This document shows, one piece after another, positions 1 to 14,100 of a stretch of 64,000 nucleotides of DNA (position 1 is its first letter; each line of letters opens with the position of its first letter). Location: assembly GCF_009914755.1 (NCBI RefSeq), contig NC_060936.1, one strand, 5' to 3'. Below the pieces are notes generated by a model. It had not been told where the DNA came from, searched no databases, and was given only the letters and a program-made list of their open reading frames with translations. Position numbers and translations under genes: made by a program. This stretch comes from the human T2T-CHM13v2.0 reference genome, Homo sapiens.

Positions 1-1359
1 ATGAAGAAATCCCGTTTCCCAAGAAGGCCTCAAAGAGGTCCAAATATCTGCTTGCAGACATTACAGACAGAGTGTTTCCAAACTACTCTATGAAAAGAAA
101 GCTTAAACTCCTTGAGTTGAACGCACACATCACAAAGTAGTTTCTGAGAATGATTCTGTCTAGTTTTTATACGAAGATGTTTCCTTTTCTACATTTGGTC
201 TCAAAGCGATTGAAATCTCCAACTGGAAACTGCACAAATAGGGTGTTTCAAATCTACTCTGTCTAAAGGAAGGTTCAACTCTGTGAGTTGAATACACACA
301 CCACAAATAAGTTACTGAGAATTCTTCTGTCGAACATTACAGGAAGAAATCCCGTTTCCAACGAAGGCCTCAAAGAGGTCCAAATATCCACTTGCAGACA
401 TTACAAAGAGAGTGTTTCCAAACTGCTCCATCAAAAGAAAGGTTAAACTCTGTGAGCTGAACACACACATCAAAAAGAAGTTTCTGTGAATGATTCTGTC
501 TAGATTTTATAAGAAGATGTTTCCTTTTCTACCGTAGGCCTCAAAGCGCTTGAAATCTCCAGCTGCAAATTCCACAAAAAGGGTGTTTAACATCTGCTCT
601 TCTAATGGAAATTTCAACTCTATGAGTTGAATACACACAGCACAAAGAAGTTACTGAGACTTCTCCTATCAAACATTATATGAAGAAATCCCGTTTCCAA
701 CGAAGGCCCCAAAGAGGTCCAAATATCTGCTTGCAGACTTTACAGACAGAGTTTTTCCAAACAGCTCCATCAAAAGAAAGGTTAAACTCCTTGAGTTGAA
801 CACACACATCACAAAGTAGTTTCTGTGAATGATTCTGTCTAGTTTTTATACGAAGATATTTCCTTTTCTACCTTTGGTCTCAAAGCGATTGAAATCTCCA
901 CATGGAAACTCCACAAAAAGAGTGTTTCAAATCTGCTCTTTCTGAAGGAAGGTTCAACTCTGTGAGTTGAATACACACACCACAAATAAGTTACTGAGAA
1001 TTCTTCTGTGTAACATTATATGAGGAAATCCCGTTTCCAACGAAGGCCTCAAAGAGGTCCAAATATCCACTTGCAGACTTTACAAAGACAGTGTCTCCAA
1101 ACTCCTCCATCAAAAGAAAGGTTATACTCTGTGAATTGAACGCACACATCACAAAGTAGTTTCTGAGAACGATTCTGTCTAGTTTTCATACGAAGATATT
1201 TCCTTTTCTACATTTGGCCTAAAAGCGCTTGAAATCTCCACCTGCAAATATCACAAAAACAGGGTTTCACATCTGCTCTGTCTAAAGGACAGTTCACCTC
1301 TGTGAGTTGAATAGAGGCAACACAAAGAACTTACTCAGTATTCTTCTTTCTAGCGTTCT
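1..1359 (-). repeat. Exemplar canonical 8-monomer HOR unit (1359 bp; dimers A 1-340, B 341-679, C 680-1019, D 1020-1359); probably human chromosome 12 D12Z3-type
   Basis: Four distinguishable dimers recur in the order A-B-C-D. A has 'actactctatgaaaagaaagctt' (HindIII), B has 'ctccagctgcaaattcc' (PvuII), C has 'ctccacatggaaactcc', D has 'aaagacagtgtctccaaactcctcc' and 'aatagaggcaac'. The 8-mer structure is direct. The chromosome 12 assignment is recalled (SF1 ~1.35-kb 8-mer cut once by HindIII/PvuII) and not verified; D10Z1 is the alternative SF1 8-mer. Confidence 0.8.
350..366 (-). promoter_or_regulatory. CENP-B box (exemplar; recurs every ~340 bp, once per dimer, across the window)
   Basis: + strand TCCCGTTTCCAACGAAG is the reverse complement of CTTCGTTGGAAACGGGA, matching the 17-bp CENP-B box (core NTTCGNNNNANNCGGGN). 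Present in alternate monomers and intact in the large majority of roughly 188 dimers. Confidence 0.97.
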
Positions 1360-4076
1360 ATGAAGAAATCCCGTTTCCAACGAAGGCCTCAAAGAGGTCC
1401 AAATATCTGCTTGCACACTTTACAGACAGAGTGTTTCCAAACTACTCTATGAAAAGAAAGCTTAAACTCCTTGAGTTGAACGCACACATCACAAAGTAGT
1501 TTCTGAGAATGATTCTGTCTAGTTTTTATACGAAGATGTTTCCTTTTCTACATTTGGTCTCAAAGCGATTGAAATCTCCAACTGGAAACTGCACAAATAG
1601 GGTGTATCAAATCTGCTCTGTCTAAAGAAGGTTCAACTCTGTGAGTTGAATACACACACCACAAATAAGTTACTGAGAATTCTTCTGTCGAACATTACTT
1701 GAAGAAATCCCGTTTCCAACGAAGGCCTCAAAGAGGTCCAAATATCTGCTTGCAGACTTTACAGACAGAGTGTTTCCAAACTACTCTATGAAAAGAAAGC
1801 TTAAACTCCTTGAGTTGAACGCACACATCACAAAGTAGTTTCTGAGAATGATTCTGTCTAGTTTTTATACGAAGATGTTTCCTTTTCTACATTTGGTCTC
1901 AAAGCGATTGAAATCTCCAACTGGAAACTGCACAAATAGGGTGTTTCAAATCTGCTCTGTCTAAAGGAAGGTTCAACTCTGTGAGTTGAATACACACACC
2001 ACAAATAAGTTACTGAGAATTCTTCTGTCGAAAATTACTTGAAGAAATCCCATTTCCAAAGAAGGCCTCAAAGAGGTCCAAATATCCACTTGCACACATT
2101 ACAATGAGAGTGTTTCCAAACTGCTCCATCAAAAGAAAGGTTAAACTCTGTGAGCTGAACACACACATCAAAAAGAAGTTTCTGTGAATGATTCTGTCTA
2201 GATTTTATAAGAAGATGTTTCCTTTTCTACCGTAGGCCTCAAAGCGCTTGAAATCTCCAGCTGCAAATTCCACAAAAAGGGTGTTTAACATCTGCTCTTC
2301 TAAAGGAAAGTTCAACTCTATGCGTTGAATACACACAGCACAAAGAAGTTACTGAGACTTCTCCTATCAAACATTATATGAAGAAATCCCGTTTCCAACG
2401 AAGGCCTCAAAGAGGTCCAAATATCTGCTTGCAGACTTTACAGACAGAGTGTTTCCAAACTGCTCCATCAAAAGAAAGGTTAAACTCCTTGAGTTGAACA
2501 CACACATCACAAAGTAGTTTCTGTGAATGATTCTGTCCAGTTTTTATACGAAGATGTTTCCTTTTCTACCTTTGGTCTCAAAGCGATTGAAATCTCCACA
2601 TGGAAACTCCACAAAAAGAGTGATTCAAATCTGCTCTTTCTGAAGGAAGGTTCAACTCTGTGAGTTGAATACACACAACACAAATAAGTTACTGAGAATT
2701 CTTCTGTGTAACATTATATGAGGAAATCCCGTTTCCAATGAAGGCCTCAAAGAGGTCCAAATATCCACTTGCAGACTTTACAGAGACAGTGTCTCCAAAC
2801 TCCTCCATCAAAAGAAAGGTTATACTCTGTGAATTGAACGCACACATCACAAAGTAGTTTCTGAGAATGATTCTGTCTAGTTTTTATACGAAGATATTTC
2901 CTTTTCTACATTTGGCCTAAAAGCGCTTGAAATCTCCACGTGCAAATATCACAAAAAGAGGGTTTCACATCTGCTCTGTCTAAAGGACAGTTCACCTCTG
3001 TGAGTTGAATAGAGGCAACACAAAGAACTTACTCAGTATTCTTCTTTCTAGCGTTCTATGAAGAAATCCCGTTTCCAACGAAGGCCTCAAAGAGGACCAA
3101 ATATCTGCTTGCAGACTTTACAGACAGAGTGTTTCCAAACTACTCTATGAAAAGAAAGCTTAAACTCCTTGAGTTGAACGCACACATCACAAAGTAGTTT
3201 CTGAGAATGATTCTGTCTAGTTTTTATACGAAGATGTTTCCTTTTCTACATTTGGTCTCAAAGCGATTGAAATCTCCAACTGGAAACTGCACAAATAGGG
3301 TGTTTCAAATCTGCTCTGTCTAAAGGAAGGTTCAACTCTGTGAGTTGAATACACACACCACAAATAAGTTACTGAGAATTCTTCCATCGAACATTACTTG
3401 AAGAAATCCCGTTTCCAACGAAGGCCTCAAAGAGGTCCAAATATCCACTTGCAGACATTACAAACAGAGTGTTTCCAAACTGCTCCATCAAAAGAAAGGT
3501 TAAACTCTGTGAGCTGAACACACACATCAAAAAGAAGTTTCTGTGAATGATTCTGTCTAGATTTTATAAGAAGATGTTTCCTTTTCTACCGTAGGCCTCA
3601 AAGCGCTTGAAATCTCCAGCTGCAAATTCCACAAAAAGGGTGTTTAACATCTGCTCTTCTAAAGGAAAGTTCAACTCTATGAGTTGAATACACACAGCAC
3701 AAAGAAGTTACTGAGACTTCTCCTATCAAACATTATATGAAGAAATCCCGTTTCCAACGAAGGCCTCAAAGAGGTCCAAATATCCACTTGCAGACTTTAC
3801 AAAGACAGTGTCTCCAAACTCCTCCATCAAAAGAAAGGTTATACTCTGTGAATTGAACGCACACATCACAAAATAGTTTCTGAGAATGATTCTGTCTAGT
3901 TTTTATACGAAGATATTTCCTTTTCTACATTTGGCCTAAAAGCGCTTGAAATCTCCACCTGCAAATATCACAAAAAGAGGGTTTCACATCTGCTCTGTCT
4001 AAAGGACAGTTCACCTCTGTGAGTTGAATAGAGGCAACACAAAGAACTTACTCAGTATTCTTCTTTCTAGCGTTCT

Positions 4077-7000
4077 ATGAAGAAATCCCGTTTCCAACGA
4101 AGGCCTCAAAGAGGTCAAATATCTGCTTGCAGACTTTACAGACAGAGTGTTTCCAAACTACTCTATGAAAAGAAAGCTTAAACTCCTTGAGTTGAACGCA
4201 CACATCACAAAGTAGTTTCTGAGAATCATTCTGTCTAGTTTTTATACGAAGATGTTTCCCTTTCTACAATTGGTCTCAAAGCGATTGAAATCTCCAACTG
4301 GAAACTGCACAAATAGGCTGTTTCAAATCTGCTCTGTCTAAAAGAGGGTTCAACTCTGTGAGTTGAATACACACACCACAAATAAGTTACTGAGAATTCT
4401 TCTGTCGAACATTACAGGAAGAAATCCCGTTTCCAACGAAGGCCTCAAAGAGGTCCAAATATCCACTTGCAGACATTACAAACAGTGTGTTTCCCAACTG
4501 CTCCATCAAAAGAAAGGTTAAACTCTGTGAGCTGAACACACACATCAAAAAGAAGTTTCTGTGAATGATTCTGTCTAGATTTTATAAGAAGATGTTTCCT
4601 TTTCTACCGTAGGCCTCAAGGCGCTTGAAATCTCCAGCTGCAAATTCCACAAAAAGGGTGTTTAACATCTACTCTTCTAAAGGAAAGTTCAACTCTATGA
4701 GTTGAATACACACAGCACAAAGAAGTTACTGAGACTTCTCCTATCAAACATTATATGAAGAAATCCCGTTTCCAACGAAGGCCTCAAAGAGGTCCAAATA
4801 TCTGCTTGCAGACTTTACAGACAGAGTGTTTCCAAACTGCTCCATCAAAAGAAAGGTTAAACTCCTTGAGTTGAACACACACATCACAAAGTAGTTTCTG
4901 TGAATGATTCTGTCTAGTTTTTATACGAAGATGTTTGCTTTTCTACCTTTGGTCTCAAAGCGATTGAAATCTCCACATGGAAACTCCACAAAAAGAGTGT
5001 TTCAAATCTGCTCTTTCTGAAGGAAGGTTCAACTCTGTGAGTTGAATACACACACCACAAATAAGTTACTGAGAATTCTTCTGTGTAACATTATATGAGG
5101 AAATCCCGTTTCCAACGAAGGCCTCAAAGAGGTCCAAATATCCACTTGCAGACTTTACAAAGACAGTGTCTCCAAACTCCTCCATCAAAAGAAAGGTTAT
5201 ACTCTGTGAATTGAACGCACACATCACAAAGTAGTTTCTGAGAATGATTCTGTCTAGTTTTTATACGAAGATATTTCCTTTTATACATTTGGCCTAAAAG
5301 CGATTGAAATCTCCACCTGCAAATATCACAAAAAGAGGGTTTCACATCTGCTCTGTCTAAAGGACAGTTCACCTCTGTGAGTTGAATAGAGGCAACACAA
5401 AGAACTTACTCAGTATTCTTCTTTCTAGCATTCTATGAAGAAATCCCGTTTCCAACGAAGGCCTCAAAGAGGTCCAAATATCTGCTTGCAGACTTTACAG
5501 ACAGAGTTTTTCCAAACTGCTCCATCAAAAGAAAGGTTAAACTCCTTGAGTTGAACACACACATCACAAAGTAGTTTCTGTGAATGATTCTGTCTAGTTT
5601 TTATACGAAGATGTTTCCTTTTCTACCTTTGGTCTCAAAGCGATTGAAATCTCCACATGGAAACTCCACCAAAAGAGTGTTTCAAATCTGCTCTTTCTGA
5701 AGGAAGGTTCAACTCTGTGAGTTGAATACAGACACCACAAATAAGTTACTGAGAATTGTTCTGTGTAACATTATATGAGGAAATCCCGTTTCCAACGAAG
5801 GCCTCAAAGAGGTCCAAATATCCACTTGCAGACTTTACAAAGACAGTGTCTCCAAACTCCTCCATCAAAAGAAAGGTTATACTCTGTGAATTGAACGCAC
5901 ACATCACAAAGTAGTTTCTGAGAATGATTCTGTCTAGTTTTTATACGAAGATATTTCCTTTTATACATTTGGCCTAAAAGCGATTGAAATCTCCACCTGC
6001 AAATATCACAAAAAGAGGGTTTCACATCTGCTCTGTCTAAAGGACAGTTCACCTCTGTGAGTTGAATAGAGGCAACACAAAGAACTTACTCAGTATTCTT
6101 CTTTCTAGCGTTCTATGAAGAAATCCCGTTTCCAACGAAGGCCTCAAAGAGGTCAAATATCTGCTTGCAGACTTTACAGACAGAGTGTTTCCAAACTACT
6201 CTATGAAAAGAAAGCTTAAACTCCTTGAGTTGAAGGCACACATCACAAAGTAGTTTCTGAGAATCATTCTGTCTAGTTTTTATACGAAGATGTTTCCCTT
6301 TCTACAATTGGTCTCAAAGCGATTGAAATCTCCAACTGGAAACTGCACAAATAGGCTGTTTCAAATCTGCTCTGTCTAAAAGAGGGTTCAACTCTGTGAG
6401 TTGAATACACACACCACAAATAAGTTACTGAGAATTCTTCTGTCGAACATTACAGGAAGAAATCCCGTTTCCAACGAAGGCCTCAAAGAGGTCCAAATAT
6501 CCACTTGCAGACATTACAAACAGTGTGTTTCCCAACTGCTCCATCAAAAGAAAGGTTAAACTCTGTGAGCTGAACACACACATCAAAAAGAAGTTTCTGT
6601 GAATGATTCTGTCTAGATTTTATAAGAAGATGTTTCCTTTTCTACCGTAGGCCTCAAGGCGCTTGAAATCTCCAGCTGCAAATTCCACAAAAAGGGTGTT
6701 TAACATCTACTCTTCTAAAGGAAAGTTCAACTCTATGAGTTGAATACACACAGCACAAAGAAGTTACTGAGACTTCTCCTATCAAACATTATATGAAGAA
6801 ATCCCGTTTCCAACGAAGGCCTCAAAGAGGTCCAAATATCTGCTTGCAGACTTTACAGACAGAGTGTTTCCAAACTGCTCCATCAAAAGAAAGGTTAAAC
6901 TCCTTGAGTTGAACACACACATCACAAAGTAGTTTCTGTGAATGATTCTGTCTAGTTTTTATACGAAGATGTTTGCTTTTCTACCTTTGGTCTCAAAGCG

Positions 7001-8152
7001 ATTGAAATCTCCACATGGAAACTCCACAAAAAGAGTGTTTCAAATCTGCTCTTTCTGAAGGAAGGTTCAACTCTGTGAGTTGAATACACACACCACAAAT
7101 AAGTTACTGAGAATTCTTCTGTGTAACATTATATGAGGAAATCCCGTTTCCAACGAAGGCCTCAAAGAGGTCCAAATATCCACTTGCAGACTTTACAAAG
7201 ACAGTGTCTCCAAACTCCTCCATCAAAAGAAAGGTTATACTCTGTGAATTGAACGCACACATCACAAAGTAGTTTCTGAGAATGATTCTGTCTAGTTTTT
7301 ATACGAAGATATTTCCTTTTATACATTTGGCCTAAAAGCGATTGAAATCTCCACCTGCAAATATCACAAAAAGAGGGTTTCACATCTGCTCTGTCTAAAG
7401 GACAGTTCACCTCTGTGAGTTGAATAGAGGCAACACAAAGAACTTACTCAGTATTCTTCTTTCTAGCATTCTATGAAGAAATCCCGTTTCCAACGAAGGC
7501 CTCAAAGAGGTCCAAATATCTGCTTGCAGACTTTACAGACAGAGTTTTTCCAAACTGCTCCATCAAAAGAAAGGTTAAACTCCTTGAGTTGAACACACAC
7601 ATCACAAAGTAGTTTCTGTGAATGATTCTGTCTAGTTTTTATACGAAGATGTTTCCTTTTCTACCTTTGGTCTCAAAGCGATTGAAATCTCCACATGGAA
7701 ACTCCACCAAAAGAGTGTTTCAAATCTGCTCTTTCTGAAGGAAGGTTCAACTCTGTGAGTTGAATACAGACACCACAAATAAGTTACTGAGAATTGTTCT
7801 GTGTAACATTATAGGAGGAAATCCCGTTTCCAACGAAGGCCTCAAAGAGGTCCAAATATCCACTTGCAGACTTTACAAAGACAGTGTCTCCAAACTCCTC
7901 CATCAAAAGAAAGGTTATACTCTGTGAATTGAACGCACACATCACAAAGTAGTTTCTGAGAATGATTCTGTCTAGTTTTTATACGAAGATATTTCCTTTT
8001 CTACATTTGGCCTAAAAGCGCTTGAAATCTCCACCTGCAAATATCACAAAAAGAGGGTTTCACATCTGCTCTGTCTAAAGGACAGTTCACCTCTGTGAGT
8101 TGAATAGAGGCAACACAAAGAACTTACTCAGTATTCTTCTTTCTAGCGTTCT
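4077..8152 (-). repeat. Tandem duplication of a 12-mer variant HOR (A-B-C-D-C-D, 2038 bp x2)
   Basis: 4077-6114 and 6115-8152 have the same dimer order and shared private variants (gagaatcatt, ctacaattgg, aaagagggtt, ctcaaggcgc, tttgcttttc, ctccaccaaa, atacagacac). ORF-track offset 7162-5124 = 2038. Confidence 0.9.
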
Positions 8153-11100
8153 ATGAATAAATCCCGTTTCCAACGAAGGCCTCAAAGAGGTCAAATATCT
8201 GCTTGCAGACTTTACAGACAGAGTGTTTCCAAACTACTCTATGAAAAGAAAGCTTAAACTCCTTGAGTTGAACGCACACATCACAAAGTAGTTTCTGAGA
8301 ATGATTCTGTCTAGTTTTTATACGAAGATGTTTCCTTTTCTACATTTGGTCTCAAAGCGATTGAAATCTCCAACTGGAAACTGCACAAATAGGCTGTTTC
8401 AAATCTGCTCTGTCTAAAGGAAGGTTCAGCTCTGTGAGTTGAATACACACACCACAAATAAGTTACTGAGAATTCTTCTGTCGAACATTACAGGAAGAAT
8501 TCCCGTTTCCAACGAAGGCCTCAAAGAGGTCCAAATATCCACTTGCGGACATTACAAACAGTGTGTTTCCCAACTGCTCCATCAAAAGAAAGGTTAAACT
8601 CTGTGAGCTGAACACACACATCAAAAAGAAGTTTCTGTGAATGATTCTGTCTAGATTTTATAAGAAGATGTTTCCTTTTCTACCGTAGGCCTCAAAGCGC
8701 TTGAAATCTCCAGCTGCAAATTCCACAAAAATGGTGTTTAACATCTGCCCTTCTAAAGGAAAGTTCAACTCTACGAGTTGAATACACACAGCACAAAGAA
8801 GTTACTGAGACTTCTCCTATCAAACATTATATGAAGAAATCCCGTTTCCAACGAAGGCCTCAAAGAGGTCCAAATATCTGCTTGCCGACTTTACAGACAG
8901 AGTGTTTCCAAACTGCTCCATCAAAAGAAAGGTTAAACTCCTTGAGTTGAACACACACATCACAAAGTAGTTTCTGTGAATGATTCTGTCTAGTTTTTAT
9001 ACGAAGATGTTTCCTTTTCTACCTTTGGTCTCAAAGCGATTGAAATCTCCACATGGAAACTCCACAAAAAGAGTGTTTCAAATCTGCTCTTTCTGAAGGA
9101 AGGTTCAACTCTGTGAGTTGAATACACACACCACAAATAAGTTACTGAGAATTCTTCTGTGTAACATTATATGAGGAAATCCCGTTTCCAACGAAGGCCT
9201 CAAAGAGGTCCAAATATCCACTTGCAGACTTTACAAAGACAGTGTCTCCAAACTCCTCCATCAAAAGAAAGGTTATACTCTGTGAATTGAACGCACACAT
9301 CACAAAGTAGTTTCTGAGAATGATTCTGTCTAGTTTTTATACGAAGATATTTCCTTTTCTACATTTGGCCTAAAAGCGCTTGAAATCTCCACCTGCAAAT
9401 ATCACAAAAAGAGGGTTTCACATCTGCTCTGTCTAAAGGACAGTTCACCTCTGTGAGTTGAATAGAGGCAACACAAAGAACTTACTCAGTATTCTTCTTT
9501 CTAGCATTCTATGAAGAAATCCCGTTTCCAACGAAGGCCCCAAAGAGGTCCAAATATCTGCTTGCAGACTTTACAAAGACAGTGTCTCCAAACTCCTCCA
9601 TCAAAAGAAAGGTTATACTCTGTGAATTGAACGCACACATCACAAAGTAGTTTCTGAGAATGATTCTGTCTAGTTTTTATACGAAGATATTTCCTTTTCT
9701 ACATTTGGCCTAAAAGCGCTTGAAATCTCCACCTGCAAATATCACAAAAAGAGGGTTTCACATCTGCTCTATCTAAAGGAGAGTTCACCTCTGTGAGTTG
9801 AATAGAGGCAACACAAAGAACTTACTCAGTATTCTTCTTTCTAGCGTTCTATGAAGAAATCCCGTTTCCAACGAAGGCCTCAAAGAGGTCAAATATCTGC
9901 TTGCAGACTTTACAGACAGAGTGTTTCCAAACTACTCTATGAAAAGAAAGCTTAAACTCCTTGAGTTGAACGCACACATCACAAAGTAGTTTCTGAGAAT
10001 GATTCTGTCTAGTTTTTATACGAAGATGTTTCCTTTTCTACATTTGGTCTCAAAGCGATTGAAATCTCCAACTGGAAACTGCACAAATAGGCTGATTCAA
10101 ATCTGCTCTGTCTAAAGGAAGGTTCAACTCTGTGAGTTGAATACACACACCACAAATAAGTTACTGAGAATTCTTCTGTCGAACATTACTTGAAGAAATC
10201 CCGTTTCCAACGAAGGCCTCAAAGAGGTCCAAATATCCACTTGCAGACATTACAAACAGAGTGTTTCCAAACTGCTCCATCAAAAGAAAGGTTAAACTCT
10301 GTGAGCTGAACACACACATCAAAAAGAAGTTTCTGTGAATGATTCTGTCTAGATTTTATAAGAAGATGTTTCCTTTTCTACCGTAGGCCTCAAAGCGCTT
10401 GAAATCTCCACCTGCAAATTCCACAAAAAGGGTGTTTAACATCTGCTCTTCTAAAGGAAAGTTCAACTCTATGAGTTGAATACACACAGCACAAAGAAGT
10501 TACTGAGACTTCTCCTATCAAACATTATATGAAGAAATCCCGTTTCCAACGAAGGCCTCAAAGAGGTCCAAATATCTGCTTGCAGACTTTACAGACAGAG
10601 TGTTTCCAAACTGCTCCATCAAAAGAAAGGTTAAACTCCTTGAGTTGAACACACACATCACAAAGTAGTTTCTGTGAATGATTCTGTCTAGTTTTTATAC
10701 GAAGATGTTTCCTTTTCTACCTTTGGTCTCAAAGCGATTGAAATCTCCACATGGAAACTCCACAAAAAGAGTGTTTCAAATCTGCTCTTTCTGAAGGAAG
10801 GTTCAACTCTGTGAGTTGAATACACACACCACAAATAAGTTACTGAGAATTCTTCTGTGTAACATTATATGAGGAAATCCCGTTTCCAACGAAGGCCTCA
10901 AAGAGGTCCAAATATCCACTTGCAGACTTTACAAAGACAGTGTCTCCAAACTCCTCCATCAAAAGAAAGGTTATACTCTGTGAATTGAACGCACACATCA
11001 CAAAGTAGTTTCTGAGAATGATTCTGTCTAGTTTTTATATGAAGATATATCCTTTTCTACATTTGGCCTAAAAGCGCTTGAAATCTCCACCTGCAAATAT

Positions 11101-14100
11101 CACAAAAAGAGGGTTTCACATCTGCTCTGTCTAAAGGACAGTTCACCTCTGTGAGTTGAATAGAGGCAACACAAAGAACTTACTCAGTATTCTTCTTTCT
11201 AGCGTTCTATGAAGAAATCCCGTTTCCAACGAAGGCCTCAAAGAGGTCAAATATCTGATTGCAGACTTTACAGACAGAGTGTTTCCAAACTACTCTATGA
11301 AAAGAAAGCTTAAACTCCTTGAGTTGAACGCACACATCACAAAGTAGTTTCTGAGAATGATTCTGTCTAGTTTTTATACGAAGATGTTTCCTTTTCTACA
11401 TTTGGTCTCAAAGCGATTGAAATCTCCAACTGGAAACTGCACAAATAGGGTGTTTCAAATCTGCTCTGTCTAAAGGAAGGTTCAACTCTGTGAGTTGAAT
11501 ACACACACCACAAATAAGTTACTGAGAATTCTTCTGTTGAACATTACATGAAGAAATCCCGTTTCCAACGAAGGCCTCAAAGAGGTCCAAATATCCACTT
11601 GCAGACATTACAAACAGAGTGTTTCCAAACTGCTCCATCAAAGGAAAGGTTAAACTCTGTGAGCTGAACACACACATCGAAAAGAAGTTTCTGTGAATGA
11701 TTCTGTCTAGATTTTATAAGAAGATGTTTCCTTTTCTACCGTAGGCCTCAAAGCGCTTGAAATCTCCAGCTGCAAATTCCACAAAAAGGGTGTTTAACAT
11801 CTGCTCTTCTAAAGGAAAGTTCAACTCTATGAGTTGAATACACACAGCACAAAGAAGTTACTGAGACTTCTCCCATCAAACATTATATGAAGAAATCCCG
11901 TTTCCAACGAAGGCCTCAAAGAGGTCCAAATATCTGCTTGCAGACTTTACAGACAGAGTGTTTCCAAACTGCTCCATCAAAAGAAAGATTAAACTCCTTG
12001 AGTTGAACACACACATCACAAAGTAGTTTCTGTGAATGATTCTGTCTAGTTTTTATACGAAGATGTTTCCTTTTCTACCTTTGGTCTCAAAGCGATTGAA
12101 ATCTCCACATGGAAACTCCACAAAAAGAGTGTTTCAAATCTGCTCTTTCTGAAGGAAGGTCCAACTCTGTGAGTTGAATACACACACCACAAATAAGTTA
12201 CTGAGAATTCTTCTGTGTAACATTATATGAGGAAATCCCGTTTCCAACGAAGGCCTCAAATAGATCCAAATATCCACTTGCAGACTTTACAAAGACAGTG
12301 TCTCCAAACTCCTCCATCAAAAGAAAGGTTATACTCTGTGAATTGAACGCACACATCACAAAGTAGTTTCTGAGAATGATTCTGTCTAGTTTTTATATGA
12401 AGATATTTCCTTTTCTACATTTGGCCTAAAAGCGCTTGAAATCTCCACCTGCAAATATCACAAAAACAGGGTTTCACATCTGCTCTGTCTAAAGGACAGT
12501 TCACCTCTGTGAGTTGAATAGAGGCAACACAAAGAACTTACTCAGTATTCTTCTTTCTAACGTTCTATGAAGAAATCCCGTTTCCAACGAAGGCCTCAAA
12601 GAGGTCCAAATATCTGCTTGCAGACTTTACAGACAGAGTGTTTCCAAACTACTCTATGAAAAGAAAGCTTAAACTCCTTGAGTTGAACGCACACATCACA
12701 AAGTAGTTTCTGAGAATGATTCTGTCTAGTTTTTATACGAAGATGTTTCCTTTTCTACATTTGGTCTCAAAGCGATTGAAATCTCCAACTGGAAACTGCA
12801 CAAATAGGGTGTTTCAAATCTGCTCTGTCTAAAGGAAGGTTCAACTCTGTGAGTTGAATACACACACCACAAAAAAGTTACTGAGAATTCTTCTGTCGAA
12901 CATTACTTGAAGAAATCCCGTTTCCAACGAAGGCCTCAAAGAGGTCCAAATATCCACTTGCAGACTTTACAAAGACAGTGTCTCCAAACTCCTCCATCAA
13001 AAGAAAGGTTATACTCTGTGAATTGAACGCACACATCACAAAGTAGTTTCTGAGAATGATTCTGTCTAGTTTTTATACGAAGATATTTCCTTTTCTACAT
13101 TTGGCCTAAAAGCGCTTGAAATCTCCACCTGCAAATATCACAAAAAGAGGGTTTCACATCTGCTCTGTCTAAAGGACAGTTCACCTCTGTGAGTTGAATA
13201 GAGGCAACACAAAGAACTTACTCAGTATTCTTCTTTCTAGCGTTCTATGAAGAAATCCCGTTTCCAACGAAGACCCCAATGAAGTCCAAATATCTGCTTG
13301 CAGACTTTACAGACAGAGTGTTTCCAAACTACTCTATGAAAAGAAAGCTTAAACTCCTTGAGTTGAACGCACACATCACAAAGTAGTTTCTGAGAATGAT
13401 GCTGTCTAGTTTTTGTACGAAGATGTTTCCTTTTCTACATTTGGTCTCAAAGCGATTGAAATCTCCAACTGGAAACTGCACAAATAGGGTGTTTCAAATC
13501 TGCTCTGTCTAAAGGAAGGTTCAACTCTGTGAGTTGAATACACACACCACAAATAAGTTACTGAGAATTCTTCTGTCGAACATTACAGGAAGAAATCCCG
13601 TTTCCAACGAAGGCCTCAAAGAGGTCCAAATATCCACTTGCAGACATTACAAACAGTGTGTTTCCAAACTGCTCCATCAAAAGAAAGGTTAAACTCTGTG
13701 AGCTGAACACACACATCAAAAAGAAGTTTCTGTGAATGATTCTGTCTAGATTTTATAAGAAGATGTTTCCTTTTCTACCGTAGGCCTCAAAGCGCTTGAA
13801 ATCTCCAGCTGCAAATTCCACAAAAAGGGTGTTTAACATCTGCTCTTCTAAAGGAAAGTTCAACTCTATGAGTTGAATACACACAGCACAAAGAAGTTAC
13901 TGAGACTTCTCCTATCAAACATTATATGAGGAAATCCCGTTTCCAACGAAGGCCTCAAAGAGGTCCAAATATCCACTTGCAGACTTTACAAAGACAGTGT
14001 CTCCAAACTCCTCCATCAAAAGAAAGGTTATACTCTGTGAATTGAACGCACACATCACAAAGTAGTTTCTGAGAATGATTCTGTCTAGTTTTTATACGAA

